Shown: one piece after another, positions 31,587 to 42,044 of the stretch
How the letters are laid out: each line of letters begins with the position of its first letter
Position numbering within the stretch: position 1 is the first letter of the stretch
Assembly: GCA_040881665.1 (NCBI GenBank)
Contig: JBBECT010000005.1
Coordinates: 76,138 to 140,137, forward strand
Length of the DNA stretch: 64,000 nt
Reading direction: 5' to 3'
Source: Actinomycetota bacterium
GTDB lineage: Bacteria > Actinomycetota > UBA4738 > HRBIN12
Position numbers and translations under genes: made by a program
Notes under the pieces: model-generated
Told to the model about the DNA's origin: nothing
What the model saw: only the letters and a program-made list of their open reading frames with translations
Database searches by the model: none

Positions 31587-33674
31587 TCAGGCCGAGGCGG
31601 CCGTGGTCGTGCTGGCGGGGCGCCGGTCATCCAGGAGCGCGCACAGGGCCTCGACGACCTCTGGATCGAACTGGCTTCCGGCACAGCGACGCAGCTCGTC
31701 GAGAGCCTCCTTGCGCGTGCGCGGCTTCCCGTACGCGCGATCCGGGGACAGCATCGCGTGGTAGGCGTCGCACACCGCCACGATGCGGGCGCCGAGTGGG
31801 ATCGAGTCGGCGGCGAGCCCGTCCGGGTACCCGCTACCGTCCCACCGCTCGTGGTGGTGACGGATCAGCTCGGCGACCTGATGAAGCGCCGGAGCCGCGT
31901 CCAGGATCCGCTCCCCGATCTCACTGTGCCGAATCATGAATCGCCACTCCTCATCCGTGAGGGGGCCGTTCTTCGACAGGATCTCCTCGGGGATCGCAAC
32001 CTTCCCGATGTCGTGCAGCTCCGCGGCACGACGCACACGAGCGAGCTCGTAGTCCTCGGCGCCGAACCGGCGGGCGATCGCCTCCGCGAGGTCTGCGACC
32101 TCGTCGCGGTGCTCCCCCAGCTGCGGATGACGTTCGAGCAGCGCGCGCACGAGCACGTCGCGACTCTGGGTTTCCGCGGTGAGCCGGCGGCCGTGCTTCT
32201 CCGCATACATCCGCTTGTCCGCCTGGCGCAGCGCATCCTCCGCGTCGGCCGCATCGTCGGGGATCCGGACGATGCCGTGGGAACAGCCGATCTCGAATCC
32301 GTCACCTTGCTCGGAGAGGGCGAGCATGGCCGCGCCCAGCAGATCGTCCAGATCCTCGCCGGTCCGTTCGGTGAGGATGCAGAACTCGTCGCCCCCGAGC
32401 CGGTACGCACAGCCGCGATCGCTCATCACCTCGGTGAGCTTGGCCGAGAGCCTGATCAGCAGGGCATCTCCCGCCGGGTGACCGAACGTGTCGTTGTAGT
32501 GCTTGAAGCCGTCGAGGTCGAACATCCCGAGCGCGAACGGCGCTCCCGTTTCGACCATCTCGTCCAGGTCGGCCATGAGCTTGCGACGGTTCCCGATCCC
32601 CGTGAGGCTGTCGCTGGTGACGGCGTCGGCCAGTTCCCGGTTCACCGCACGGTACGACCGCGCTCCCGCGAACAACAGCACGAGGCCGACCGCGACCAGC
32701 GACGCCGTTCCCGGACCGACGCCGGCGAACAGGCCCAGCGGCTCGGCGGGCTCGGCGGCCACGACCCAGTGGTTCTCGTTCCCAACTCCACCGATCACGG
32801 GTTCGTAGGCGACACGGACACCGGCGGCGTCGCTCAGGCCTCGCGTTCCGGCGGAACGGAGCCAGTCGAAGCGCTCGTCGGTCGGATCACCGAGGGCGAA
32901 CCCCGAGAGGTCGTCGTTGCCGCTGCCCGCGTCCGATCCGTCCACGATCGTCGCTCCCGATCCCTGACGAACAGCCGCGTCGATCACCACCGAGGATGTC
33001 GGCGCCTCCACGACCCGGATCTCTATCCCATCGGGAACGACCGCCCAGGCTTCGATCCGGAACGTCTCGACCGGCATCTCGTATTGCACGATCCCTCGTG
33101 TCACGCCGTCGATGCTCGGCACCGGCGTCGCGAACGAGATCACCCACTGCCCCGTCGACGGGGACACGAAGGGTGCCGATTGATACACGTCGCCGGTCTC
33201 CATCGAGAACGCCGGGATGAAGAAGGGAGCTTCGCGCTGGTCCCGCGAGAGTCCGGTGACCGGCGCGCGCAGCAGCCGATCGGCCCGCGCGTTCTCACCG
33301 CCTTCGCGGTCGACGAAGCTCGCGGTCAGGATGTCCGGATACAACCGCTGCAGGTAGATCAGGGCGCTGTTGATGTCGTCCATCGTGCGTCCACCGCCGG
33401 AGATACGACGCAGACGGGAACCGCCCATCTCGTAGAAGCGTTGGAACGCGGGGTTGTCGGCGCTCAGCAGTGCGATCGCTCGCGCGCGGTCGAACTGGTT
33501 CGCCAACACCTGCGACTCGTGCCGGGCGGCGGAGACGAGCGTGTCGTCGAGCTCGCTCGCGGCTGCGGCACGCTGCTGCATGGCCAAGCCCACCCCCGCC
33601 GCGAGCATCACGGCGGCGAGCAGCATCAGGCCGAGCGCGGTACCGCGACCGCGGCTGAGGTTGGTCCGCCCCAT
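31587..33674 (-). CDS. Membrane sensor protein with a periplasmic (Cache-like) domain, GGDEF diguanylate cyclase and HD-GYP phosphodiesterase domains
   Basis: 695 aa. N-terminal TM, a periplasmic region of about 280 aa, a second TM, a GGDEF motif (RLGGDEFCIL), then an HD-GYP domain (HDIGK ... HHERWDGSGYP). Confidence 0.75.
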   Translation of the reverse strand: MGRTNLSRGRGTALGLMLLAAVMLAAGVGLAMQQRAAAASELDDTLVSAARHESQVLANQFDRARAIALLSADNPAFQRFYEMGGSRLRRISGGGRTMDDINSALIYLQRLYPDILTASFVDREGGENARADRLLRAPVTGLSRDQREAPFFIPAFSMETGDVYQSAPFVSPSTGQWVISFATPVPSIDGVTRGIVQYEMPVETFRIEAWAVVPDGIEIRVVEAPTSSVVIDAAVRQGSGATIVDGSDAGSGNDDLSGFALGDPTDERFDWLRSAGTRGLSDAAGVRVAYEPVIGGVGNENHWVVAAEPAEPLGLFAGVGPGTASLVAVGLVLLFAGARSYRAVNRELADAVTSDSLTGIGNRRKLMADLDEMVETGAPFALGMFDLDGFKHYNDTFGHPAGDALLIRLSAKLTEVMSDRGCAYRLGGDEFCILTERTGEDLDDLLGAAMLALSEQGDGFEIGCSHGIVRIPDDAADAEDALRQADKRMYAEKHGRRLTAETQSRDVLVRALLERHPQLGEHRDEVADLAEAIARRFGAEDYELARVRRAAELHDIGKVAIPEEILSKNGPLTDEEWRFMIRHSEIGERILDAAPALHQVAELIRHHHERWDGSGYPDGLAADSIPLGARIVAVCDAYHAMLSPDRAYGKPRTRKEALDELRRCAGSQFDPEVVEALCALLDDRRPASTTTAASA

Positions 33675-33829
33675 GCAGGCTGAATCGGCTGCTCGGGGGG
33701 GGGCTTGAGGCCTGCCGACGGCCTTGCTCGGAACTGCGTAGCCCGTTGTGACCGGTCGGCCTCACCCCATACCGCGACGATGGATCGCGGGGTGCCTACG
33801 AGCACGACCGAGGGGCGCCCGACCCTCCG

Positions 33830-35857
33830 TCAGCGCACGCCGGCGTCCTGGAGCGCCTTCAGCTCCTTGCGCAGATCGTTGACCTCGTCTCGGAGCCTGG
33901 CTGCGTACTCGAACCGGAGATCCTTCGCGGCCTCGTGCATCTCGTCCTCCAGGCTCTGGATCAGGCGGGTCAGCTCGTCCCGCGGCAGCTCGGACGTTCC
34001 CGCCGTCGCTCGCCGGCCGGTCCGCTCGGGGATCGGGGCACGTTTCCCGCTGCGAACATCCGCCTGCATCCCGAGGAGGATGTCGGAGACCTTCCTGCGG
34101 ATCGTCTGGGGATCGATGTCGTGCTCGCGGTTGTAGGCGAGCTGGATCTGGCGGCGGCGCTGCGTCTCGGAGATCGCGCGCTTCATCGAGTCGGTGACCT
34201 CGTCCGCGTACATGATCACCGTGCCGTCGACGTTGCGCGCCGCGCGCCCGATCGTCTGGATCAACGAGGTCTCGGACCGGAGGAAACCCTCCTTGTCGGC
34301 GTCGAGGATCGCGACGAGCGACACCTCGGGAAGGTCGAGTCCCTCGCGCAACAGGTTGATCCCGACGAGTACGTCGAACTCCCCCAGTCGCAGATCGCGC
34401 AGGATCTCGATCCGCTGCAACGTGTCGATCTCCGAGTGGAGGTACCGAACGCGGATCCCCATCTCGAGCAGGTAGTCGGTCAGATCCTCGGCCATCTTCT
34501 TCGTCAGGGTCGTGACGAGCACCCGCTGATCGCTCTCGGCACGCGCCCGGATCTGTTCGATCAGGTCGTCCACCTGTCCGCGCGTGGGGCGGATCTGGAC
34601 CTCCGGGTCCACCAGGCCGGTCGGCCGGACGATCTGCTCGACCACACGCTTCGATGTGCGCAGCTCGTAGGAACCCGGGGTCGCCGACAGGAACACCACC
34701 TGGTTGACCCGCCCGGTGAACTCGTCGAAGGTCAGTGGTCGATTGTCGCGGGCGCTCGGCAGCCGGAACCCGAAGTCGACCAGGGTGTCCTTCCGACTGC
34801 GATCCCCTTCGTACATCGCACCGATCTGCGGGACGGTGACGTGCGACTCATCGATCACGACGAGGTAGTCGTCCGGGAAGTAGTCGAGGAGCGTGTACGG
34901 GGCCTCGCCCTCGGAGCGTCCGTCGATGTGGCGCGAGTAGTTCTCGATCCCACTGCAGAACCCGACCTCGCGCATCATCTCCAGGTCGTAGTTCGTCCGC
35001 ATCTTCAACCGCTCGGCCTCGAGGAGCTTGCTCTGCGCGTCGAAGGTCCGGAGGCGCTCGCGCAGCTCGTCCTCGATCGAGGTGATCGCGCGGGTCATCC
35101 GCTCCTCGGACGCCACGTAGTGCGACGCGGGATACACGGTGATCTCCGGCAGATCGGCGACCACTTCGCCCGTGAGTGGGTCGAACAGGGTGATCCGTTC
35201 GATGTCGTCACCCCAGAACTCGATCCGCACGGCCCGCTCGTCGTAGGCAGGATGGATCTCCAAGGTGTCCCCCTGCACGCGGAACTTCCCGCGAGCCAGG
35301 CTGACCTGATTGCGCTCGTACTGGATGTCGACGAGCCGCCCGATCGCGAAGTCTCGGTCGATCGGGACGCCCTTGTGGACGCGGAGGAGCTGGCCCTCGT
35401 ACTCCTCCGGGGAACCGAGGCCGTAGATGCACGACACGCTCGCGACGATGATGACGTCGCGGCGCGTCAACAGGGCGTTCGTCGCCGAATGCCGCAGGCG
35501 GTCGATCTCGTCGTTGATCGAGGAGTCCTTCTCGATGTAGGTGTCGGTCTGCGGAACGTAGGCCTCGGGTTGGTAATAGTCGTAATAGCTGACGAAGTAC
35601 TCGACCGCGTTGTCGGGGAACACCTCGCGGAACTCGTTCGCGAGCTGCGCTCCCAGCGACTTGTTCGGCGCGATCACCAGGGTGGGCTTCTGGACCCGCT
35701 CGACGACATGAGCGACCGTGTAGGTCTTGCCTGTCCCCGTGGCTCCGAGCAGTGTCAGCCGGTCCTCGCCCGCCGCAACGCCTTGGACCAGGGCATCGAT
35801 CGCCTCCGGCTGGTCGCCGGAGGGCCGGAACTCGGATGCGATGCGGAAGGGGGGCAC
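33830..35857 (-). CDS. uvrB: Excinuclease ABC subunit B
   Basis: UvrB N-terminus ([17 protein letters not shown]), helicase motifs ([12 protein letters not shown]) and the C-terminal UvrB/UvrC-interaction domain. Probable GTG start at 35857, 6 nt after TACAAT. The upstream 73 aa of the ORF are Arg/Cys junk. Confidence 0.9.
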   Translation of the reverse strand: MPPFRIASEFRPSGDQPEAIDALVQGVAAGEDRLTLLGATGTGKTYTVAHVVERVQKPTLVIAPNKSLGAQLANEFREVFPDNAVEYFVSYYDYYQPEAYVPQTDTYIEKDSSINDEIDRLRHSATNALLTRRDVIIVASVSCIYGLGSPEEYEGQLLRVHKGVPIDRDFAIGRLVDIQYERNQVSLARGKFRVQGDTLEIHPAYDERAVRIEFWGDDIERITLFDPLTGEVVADLPEITVYPASHYVASEERMTRAITSIEDELRERLRTFDAQSKLLEAERLKMRTNYDLEMMREVGFCSGIENYSRHIDGRSEGEAPYTLLDYFPDDYLVVIDESHVTVPQIGAMYEGDRSRKDTLVDFGFRLPSARDNRPLTFDEFTGRVNQVVFLSATPGSYELRTSKRVVEQIVRPTGLVDPEVQIRPTRGQVDDLIEQIRARAESDQRVLVTTLTKKMAEDLTDYLLEMGIRVRYLHSEIDTLQRIEILRDLRLGEFDVLVGINLLREGLDLPEVSLVAILDADKEGFLRSETSLIQTIGRAARNVDGTVIMYADEVTDSMKRAISETQRRRQIQLAYNREHDIDPQTIRRKVSDILLGMQADVRSGKRAPIPERTGRRATAGTSELPRDELTRLIQSLEDEMHEAAKDLRFEYAARLRDEVNDLRKELKALQDAGVR

Positions 35858-35863
35858 GCGGCG

Positions 35864-35885
35864 ATTGTAGGCCCGCCCGCCGACA
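35864..35885 (-). promoter_or_regulatory. PafBC/RecA-NDp-like promoter: TGTCGGCG-N8-TACAAT, with the -10 element 6 nt upstream of the uvrB GTG (leaderless)
   Basis: Minus-strand read: CGCTGTCGGCG GGCGGGCC TACAAT CGCCGC GTG. Matches the mycobacterial RecA-independent DNA-damage promoter pattern tTGTCRgtg-N8-TAnnnT at 7 of 8 upstream positions. Confidence 0.35.
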
Positions 35886-35984
35886 GCGATGGGGTGACCA
35901 CCACGCACGGACGCGAGTTGCTTGTTGGGACACCACGAGCGGGGGATACTCCCCCAACATCGTCGACACGACAGGAGCCTCACC

Positions 35985-36551
35985 GTGCGCAGAACGATCC
36001 GAACGCTGCGCGCCTGTTCCCTGCTGGCCGGCCTGTCGGCCGTGGACCTCGGCACATCGGCCTCCGCCATCACCACCGAACGGCGCCGCCAAGTGCTCTA
36101 CCTCGGAGAGACGACGCAGTCGGTTCCGATGGCTGCGCTGGTCGATCGACCGGCCACGGGTCGCAAGTCCCTGAAGTTCATCGACTTCGTCGTGGAGATG
36201 GAATGCCCGGACGCCACGACCTACGAATGGTTGGTCGGGGTGTCGTACCCAGGCCGTGGGATGCGGATGGACTTCGACCGCCGATTCTCGGACGACTACT
36301 CGTTCCCCGAGGTGCATTTCGCCTTCGACGGGCGTCTCGGATCGCGGCAGGGAACCGGGTCGGTGCTCTCGGAGATTCCGACGCTCGATGGTCAGGGTGG
36401 CGCGCAGGTGTGCACGACCGGGAACACGACCTGGTCCGCCGAGAAGGTCGCGACCCGATGGGCCCCGGGGACGCGACGCTTCGACGCCGTGGCCCGCATC
36501 AAGGTCGCCGAGGACGGGACCGCGAAGCTCCACATCGATCAACAGTCGTAG
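35985..36551 (+). CDS. Secreted hypothetical protein (188 aa), divergent from uvrB
   Basis: GTG start after an AGGAG SD. Signal peptide ([28 protein letters not shown]). No recognised family. Confidence 0.45.
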   Translation: MRRTIRTLRACSLLAGLSAVDLGTSASAITTERRRQVLYLGETTQSVPMAALVDRPATGRKSLKFIDFVVEMECPDATTYEWLVGVSYPGRGMRMDFDRRFSDDYSFPEVHFAFDGRLGSRQGTGSVLSEIPTLDGQGGAQVCTTGNTTWSAEKVATRWAPGTRRFDAVARIKVAEDGTAKLHIDQQS

Positions 36552-36574
36552 GCCGACTCTCACAGTCGTCGGCC
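36551..36574. terminator. Hairpin GGCCGAC-N10-GTCGGCC between convergent genes (bidirectional terminator candidate)
   Basis: Read directly. 7-bp GC stem straddling the stop of the secreted-protein gene. Confidence 0.35.
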
Positions 36575-36596
36575 GGCCCTCGGGGAGGGGAACTGG

Positions 36597-37358
36597 TCAG
36601 AGGCGTCCGGCCTCGACGATCCGTTGGAGGAAGCGTTTCGTGCGCTCCTCCCGCGGGGCGTTGAAGATCTGCTCGGGAGGCCCCTCCTCCAGGATCACGC
36701 CCTCGTCGAGGAACACGACCCGGTTCGCGATGTCGCGAGCGAAGCCCATCTCGTGGGTGGCGATCAGCATCGTCATCCCCTGTCCCGCGAGCTCACGGAC
36801 GAGGTTGAGCACCTCCGCGATCAGCTCGGGATCCAGGGCGCTCGTGATCTCGTCGAGCAGCAGCACGTTGGGCTGCATCGCCAACGCGCGGACGATCGCG
36901 ACGCGCTGCTGTTGACCGCCCGAGAGCCGGTCCGGGTACTCGTCCTGCTTGTCGAGCAGACCGATCCGGTCGAGCAGCGAGCGCGCACGGTCCAGTGCCT
37001 CGTCCCTCGACAGTCCGGCCGCCTCGATCGGCCCGAGCGTCACGTTGCGCAGCACGGTCATGTGCGGGAACAGGTTGAACGACTGGAACACGATGCCGAG
37101 GTGGCGCCGGATCCGGTTCACATCGACCCCCGGCGCGGTGATCTCCTCCCCCTCGACGACGATCCGGCCCGCGTCGATCCGCTCGAGCAGGTTCACGCAT
37201 CGCAGCAACGTCGACTTGCCGGATCCGGAGGCACCGATCAGGCACACGACCTCGTGGTCGGCGATCGACAGGTCGATCCCCCGCAGCACCTCGAGCTCTC
37301 CGAACGACTTGCGGAGTCCCTGGATCCGGAGAACCTCTCCGGCGCGGTCGGAGCTCAT
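36597..37358 (-). CDS. Polar amino-acid ABC transporter ATP-binding protein (GlnQ/HisP-like)
   Basis: 253 aa. [18 protein letters not shown], and the C-terminal FL..I motif typical of the PAAT family. Confidence 0.85.
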   Translation of the reverse strand: MSSDRAGEVLRIQGLRKSFGELEVLRGIDLSIADHEVVCLIGASGSGKSTLLRCVNLLERIDAGRIVVEGEEITAPGVDVNRIRRHLGIVFQSFNLFPHMTVLRNVTLGPIEAAGLSRDEALDRARSLLDRIGLLDKQDEYPDRLSGGQQQRVAIVRALAMQPNVLLLDEITSALDPELIAEVLNLVRELAGQGMTMLIATHEMGFARDIANRVVFLDEGVILEEGPPEQIFNAPREERTKRFLQRIVEAGRL

Positions 37359-38239
37359 CCGGAGCTCGCCTGGCGGCGCCGGCGTTCTCGATCGAGGAGG
37401 TAGTCGGTGAAGCGCGCGAGCGGGATCGTGACCAGCAGGAAGAGGAGCGCCGCAACGACGTAGCTCGTGAACGTGAAGGTCGACGTCGAATAGATCTGTG
37501 CCTCACGCACCGCTTCCCGCACGCCCAGGATGGCGACGAGCGCCGTCTCCTTCTGGATCGCGACGAAGTCGTTGAGCAGGGGCGGGATCACCCGGCGTAC
37601 CGCCTGCGGCACGACGACGAACCGCAGGGCCTTCCACTGGCTGAGTCCCAGAGAACGCGCGGCGGCTCGCTGGCTCGGGTGGATCGACTCGATGCCCGCC
37701 CGGTAGACCTCCGCGACGTATGCCGAGTACACGATCACGAGCGCGACGATGCCCCAGAACATCTCCGAGTCGGGGACGCCTTGCAGGTCGAGTGCGGGCA
37801 TGCCGAACCCGAGCAGCAGGATCACGAGCAGGGTCGGGATCCCACGGAAGACGTCCGTGTAGATCGTGGATAACGCGCGCAACGGGAAGAACACCGGTCC
37901 CGGGATCGCGCGGATCACGGCGAGCAGCAACGCGAACGCGAGCACGAGCACTTCAGCGATCATGAACATCTGGACGTTGACCCAGAACCCGCTGAGCACG
38001 TCGGGCAGAGAAGCGGCGAAGTCGGTCCCGTCGAAGAACGCCTGCCGGACGCGGTCCCAGCCGGGTGAATTGAGAACGAGGACCGCCACGACCGCGAGGA
38101 ACACGACGGTCGAGACCGTCGCGATGAGGGCGCCACGGCCACCCTCGGCGCGGAGCCCGTCGCGCAGGCGGGGCCGGCGTGGTGGTGGCAAGCCCGGGTC
38201 GATCGACCCTGCTCCCTCGGGGGGGCCGGCGAGGCTCAC
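37355..38239 (-). CDS. Polar amino-acid ABC transporter permease
   Basis: 294 aa, GTG start. Multi-TM with the EAA-like loop (AARSLGLSQWKALRFVVVPQA). Confidence 0.8.
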   Translation of the reverse strand: MSLAGPPEGAGSIDPGLPPPRRPRLRDGLRAEGGRGALIATVSTVVFLAVVAVLVLNSPGWDRVRQAFFDGTDFAASLPDVLSGFWVNVQMFMIAEVLVLAFALLLAVIRAIPGPVFFPLRALSTIYTDVFRGIPTLLVILLLGFGMPALDLQGVPDSEMFWGIVALVIVYSAYVAEVYRAGIESIHPSQRAAARSLGLSQWKALRFVVVPQAVRRVIPPLLNDFVAIQKETALVAILGVREAVREAQIYSTSTFTFTSYVVAALLFLLVTIPLARFTDYLLDRERRRRQASSG

Positions 38240-38261
38240 GGAGCGTACGCCGTCCCGATCG

Positions 38262-39158
38262 TTACCCCAGGACGGGGACGTCCACCGTCTCCGACAGCCA
38301 CTCGTCCTGGATCGCCTGCAGCTCTCCCGAGTCGCGTAGCGACGTAAGGGCCTGGTTCACGCACTCGACGAGCGGGTTGTCCTTCTCGAAGGTGAGGCCG
38401 AACTGCTCCTCCTCCACGACGTCGGGCGTGCTCTCGAACTGACCGACGACCTCGGCCTTCGGGATCTCGACGGCGGTGATGAAGAACGCGGTCGGCAGGT
38501 CCACGACGATCCCATCGATCTGACCGTTCTCCAATGCCTGCTTCGCGGCGCTCGTGTCGTCGAAGACTGCGGCCTCATCGTCCGGCACGATGACTTCCTC
38601 GATGAACGTCAGGCCGGTCGTCCCGATCTGCGCGCCGAGCTTGGCGCTCTGGAGTTCCTCGAGGGTCTCGGCGTCCTGCAGTGGCCCGTCGTCCAGAGCG
38701 ATCAACGCCTGGTTCGCGTTGTAGTACCCATCGCTGAAGGTCACGGCCTCGGCACGCTTCGGGGTGATCGAGATCTCCTGGATCGAGAAGTCGTAGTCCT
38801 TCGGGCCGGGCGCGTAGGTCTTGTTGAAGCCTTCCTCGACCCAGACGACCTCGTCCTCGGTGAAGCCGAGCTCGTCGGCGAGCGCGTACGCGAGGGCGCT
38901 CTCGAAGCCCTCACCGCTCTCGGGAGAGGGGTCCTTCCAGTCGCTGCCGGCGACGCTGCCCTGGAACCAGGGCGGGAACACGGGGTTCGAGGCCGCGATC
39001 GTGAGCTGGCCGTCCTCGAAGAGGTTGAGGGAGTCCTTCTCGCACGAGGCGGCCGTCGTCGCACCGGCGGTCGGCTGGTCTTCGGCTCCGTCGTCATCCT
39101 CCGCACACGCGGCGAACACCAACGCGCTCACGGCCAGGACGGCCAGCAGCTTCCTCAT
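38262..39158 (-). CDS. Polar amino-acid ABC transporter substrate-binding lipoprotein
   Basis: 298 aa. Lipobox (LVFAACAEDD). SBP_bac_3-like. Confidence 0.8.
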   Translation of the reverse strand: MRKLLAVLAVSALVFAACAEDDDGAEDQPTAGATTAASCEKDSLNLFEDGQLTIAASNPVFPPWFQGSVAGSDWKDPSPESGEGFESALAYALADELGFTEDEVVWVEEGFNKTYAPGPKDYDFSIQEISITPKRAEAVTFSDGYYNANQALIALDDGPLQDAETLEELQSAKLGAQIGTTGLTFIEEVIVPDDEAAVFDDTSAAKQALENGQIDGIVVDLPTAFFITAVEIPKAEVVGQFESTPDVVEEEQFGLTFEKDNPLVECVNQALTSLRDSGELQAIQDEWLSETVDVPVLG

Positions 39159-39313
39159 CGTCTCTCCCCCTCGATCGACGAGCCCTCGACTCTCCGAACC
39201 CCTCGACCCGACGCGTTCTCGGCCGGTTCGAGGCCGGAGCGTAGCACACGCCCTTTCGTACGCAGCCGCAGGTCAGCAGGGATGCAGTGGACGTATCGGT
39301 CCGCCTCGCTCGG

Positions 39314-40078
39314 TCAGCGGTTCGGCTCCCAGCGGAAGAATAGGGAGGCGATCACGACCCCTCCGATCCCCCAGGCCGCGACGACCAGCAGATCGGTCCA
39401 GGAGAAGGGGGTTCCCAGGAACGCCGCCTGCATCGCGGCCGCGAAGGGACGTACCGGGAAGGCCTTACCGACCCAGTCGATCCAGGCGGGAGGATCCTGG
39501 AGCGGGATGAACACGTCGGAGACGAACAGCAATGGAAGGATCGACGCGTTGATGATCGCCGGCGCAGCGTCCGCGTTCGGAACGATGCAGGTGATCGCCA
39601 GCCCCAGGGCGGCGAACGCGGCGGACCCGACCAGCAACGAGGCAGCGAACCGCAGGAGGTCCCCACCGCCCGGGAGCTGCGCGTCGTAGACGAGGCTGCC
39701 GAAGGCCGCGACGATCCCCACCAGGATCAGCGCCACGAGGACCGCGTGCAGGATCCGACCCAGGAGATAGGACCAGCCGGGCATCGGTGTGCCGCGCGTC
39801 CGTTTCAAGATCCCTTCGTCCCGGGCGAACGTGGCGCTGATCGCGATATTCGTGTAGCAGGCCGAGATCACCGAGAACGTCGCCATGCTCGGGATGTAGA
39901 ACGTGGAGGTCGAGATCATCTCCCCGCCCACCCGCACCTCGCTGTTCCCGAACAGCGTCGTGAAGATCACCAGGAACATCAGGGGGAACGCGAAGGTGAA
40001 GAACGCCGATGCCGGGTTCCGCCAGAAGGCCTTGTTCGTGTACACGGCCTGCCGGAGGGCGAAACGCGCTCCGGTCAC
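39314..40078 (-). CDS. ABC-2 type exporter permease
   Basis: About 254 aa from a GTG overlapping the ATPase stop (GTGA). 6 TM; ABC-2 family. Confidence 0.7.
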   Translation of the reverse strand: MTGARFALRQAVYTNKAFWRNPASAFFTFAFPLMFLVIFTTLFGNSEVRVGGEMISTSTFYIPSMATFSVISACYTNIAISATFARDEGILKRTRGTPMPGWSYLLGRILHAVLVALILVGIVAAFGSLVYDAQLPGGGDLLRFAASLLVGSAAFAALGLAITCIVPNADAAPAIINASILPLLFVSDVFIPLQDPPAWIDWVGKAFPVRPFAAAMQAAFLGTPFSWTDLLVVAAWGIGGVVIASLFFRWEPNR

Positions 40079-41013
40079 GACTCCGTCACCTCGTCCCCGC
40101 CGGTGATCGCCAGGTACACGTCCTCGAGACTGGGTCGCGACACCTCGAGCACCTCGAACCGAACCCGATGCTCGCTCGCCCACCCGGTCAGTTGATGGAG
40201 CGGACCGACGGGATCCTCGACCTCGGCGAGGAAGGCACCGTCGGGTGCGGTCCGCTGTCCGATCTGCGGGAGTCCCGCGGCCGCGATCCCCGCCGGGAGC
40301 CGGAACCGGATGTGGGTCTTCGCCGTGTCGCGGCCTCCCAGCGTGTCGGGCGTGCCTTCGGCCACGATCGAGCCTCGGGCGATGATCGCGACACGGTCGG
40401 CGAGGTACTGCGCCTCGTCCATGAAGTGGGTCGTGAGGAACACGGTCTTACCCAGCTCGGCGAGGCTCTTCACGATCTCCCACGCGTTGCGGCGCGCGCT
40501 CGGATCGAAGCCCGTCGTCGGCTCGTCCAGGAACAGCAGCTCTGGATCGCCGGCGAGAGCGATCGCGACGTCGAGCCGTCGCTTCTGCCCGCCGGACAGT
40601 TTCGTCACCTTCACATCGCGCTTCTCGGTGAGACCCACGAGGCGGATCACTTCGTCGCCATCGCGTGGCGCGGGGTACAAGCCACGGTAGAACTCCACCG
40701 TCTCGCGCACGGTGAGGAAGGCGTCGACACCGGTGGATTGCAGCACGATCCCGATCCGAGACTTGAGCTCCGCATCCGCTCGTCCGGGGTCGCGGCCGAG
40801 CACCTCGATCTCACCGGCGGTCCGCGGACGGAACCCCTCGAGGATCTCCGTCGTGGTGGTCTTGCCCGCTCCGTTCGGCCCGAGCAGGGCGAAGACCTCC
40901 CCCCGCGCGACCTCGAACGAGATCCCTCCGACCGCGTCGAGCTCCCCGTAGGTCTTGCGCAGATCTCGGACGACGATCGTCGGACCTGCGGCGGCGTCGG
41001 CGCTTCGGCTCAT
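40075..41013 (-). CDS. ABC transporter ATP-binding protein (ABC-2/DrrA-like)
   Basis: 312 aa. GPNGAGKTT, LSGGQKRR. Start overlaps the upstream stop. Confidence 0.8.
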   Translation of the reverse strand: MSRSADAAAGPTIVVRDLRKTYGELDAVGGISFEVARGEVFALLGPNGAGKTTTTEILEGFRPRTAGEIEVLGRDPGRADAELKSRIGIVLQSTGVDAFLTVRETVEFYRGLYPAPRDGDEVIRLVGLTEKRDVKVTKLSGGQKRRLDVAIALAGDPELLFLDEPTTGFDPSARRNAWEIVKSLAELGKTVFLTTHFMDEAQYLADRVAIIARGSIVAEGTPDTLGGRDTAKTHIRFRLPAGIAAAGLPQIGQRTAPDGAFLAEVEDPVGPLHQLTGWASEHRVRFEVLEVSRPSLEDVYLAITGGDEVTES

Positions 41014-42044
41014 CGCCGCCCGACGCTACCGGCGTCGTCCGGGCGAGGCAACGCGGCGCGTGGGGCGTAGCCGAGGCGCTTGTCGACGACGTTGTGCAGG
41101 GGTTCGTCCGAGAGCCAACGGTCGAGGTTGTCGAGGAAGACGCCGACCACGGCTCGCTCCCAGCCCACGACGTCGCCCGACATGTGCGGCGAGACGATCA
41201 CGTTGCGCATCGCCCACAGCGGGCTGCCGTCGGGAAGCGGCTCATCCGCGAACACGTCGAGCGCGGCCCCCGCGATCCGACCGGCGTCGAGGGCCTCCAC
41301 GAGCGCGTTCTCGTCGACGGTCGTTCCCCTTCCGATGTTGATGAACCGCGCGCTGCGACGCATCGCCGCGAACGCTCGAGCGTCGAACAGCCGATCGGTG
41401 TTCGACGCCCCGGGCAGCACGTCGACGACCCAGTCGGCCTCGCCGAGCCGTTCGAGCAACTCGTCCCGACCCCCGATCCGCTCGAACACCGGGTCGGCCT
41501 CGCGCGGGGTTCGTGCGATGCCCTCGACACGCATCCCACAGGCACGACCGAGTCTCCCCACCGCGGAACCGATCGAACCGGCACCCACGACGAGGAGCCG
41601 CGTACCGGCGAGCAGCTCCGAGTGGCGGTACGCCCAGATCCCCTCGCGCTGATGGTCGATCGTGCCGATCAGGTCCTTGGCGAACGCGAGCAGCAGCCCG
41701 AGCGTGTACTCGGCCATCCCCTCGTCGAAGACCCCTCGCGTGTTCGTCACCTCGACGTCGCTCTCGACCAGTGCGGGGAACAGCAGCGCGTCCACACCGG
41801 TCGATGCCGACTGGATCCACCGCACGCGTCGGGCGTTCGGCCACGCGCCCTCGAGCAAGGCCGCTTCAGCGCGCCAAGCGAACACGGCGTCGGCCTCGGC
41901 GATCAGGGAGGCGACGTCATCCGCCTCGGCAGCGGGTACGAGCCGAACCCGCTCGGCGACCGTCTCGAGACCGGGTGCCGGGTCGTCCTCGGTGACCCCG
42001 GCCACCAGGATCGTCCGGTGGGACCCCTCGCCGGCCTCGCTCAC
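41010..42044 (-). CDS. D-isomer-specific 2-hydroxyacid dehydrogenase family protein (NAD-binding)
   Basis: Rossmann motif GAGSIGSAVG. Catalytic-domain motifs (NIGRG, ALDVF, SPH). Probable GTG start overlapping the upstream stop (GTGA). Confidence 0.75.
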   Translation of the reverse strand: MSEAGEGSHRTILVAGVTEDDPAPGLETVAERVRLVPAAEADDVASLIAEADAVFAWRAEAALLEGAWPNARRVRWIQSASTGVDALLFPALVESDVEVTNTRGVFDEGMAEYTLGLLLAFAKDLIGTIDHQREGIWAYRHSELLAGTRLLVVGAGSIGSAVGRLGRACGMRVEGIARTPREADPVFERIGGRDELLERLGEADWVVDVLPGASNTDRLFDARAFAAMRRSARFINIGRGTTVDENALVEALDAGRIAGAALDVFADEPLPDGSPLWAMRNVIVSPHMSGDVVGWERAVVGVFLDNLDRWLSDEPLHNVVDKRLGYAPRAALPRPDDAGSVGRR

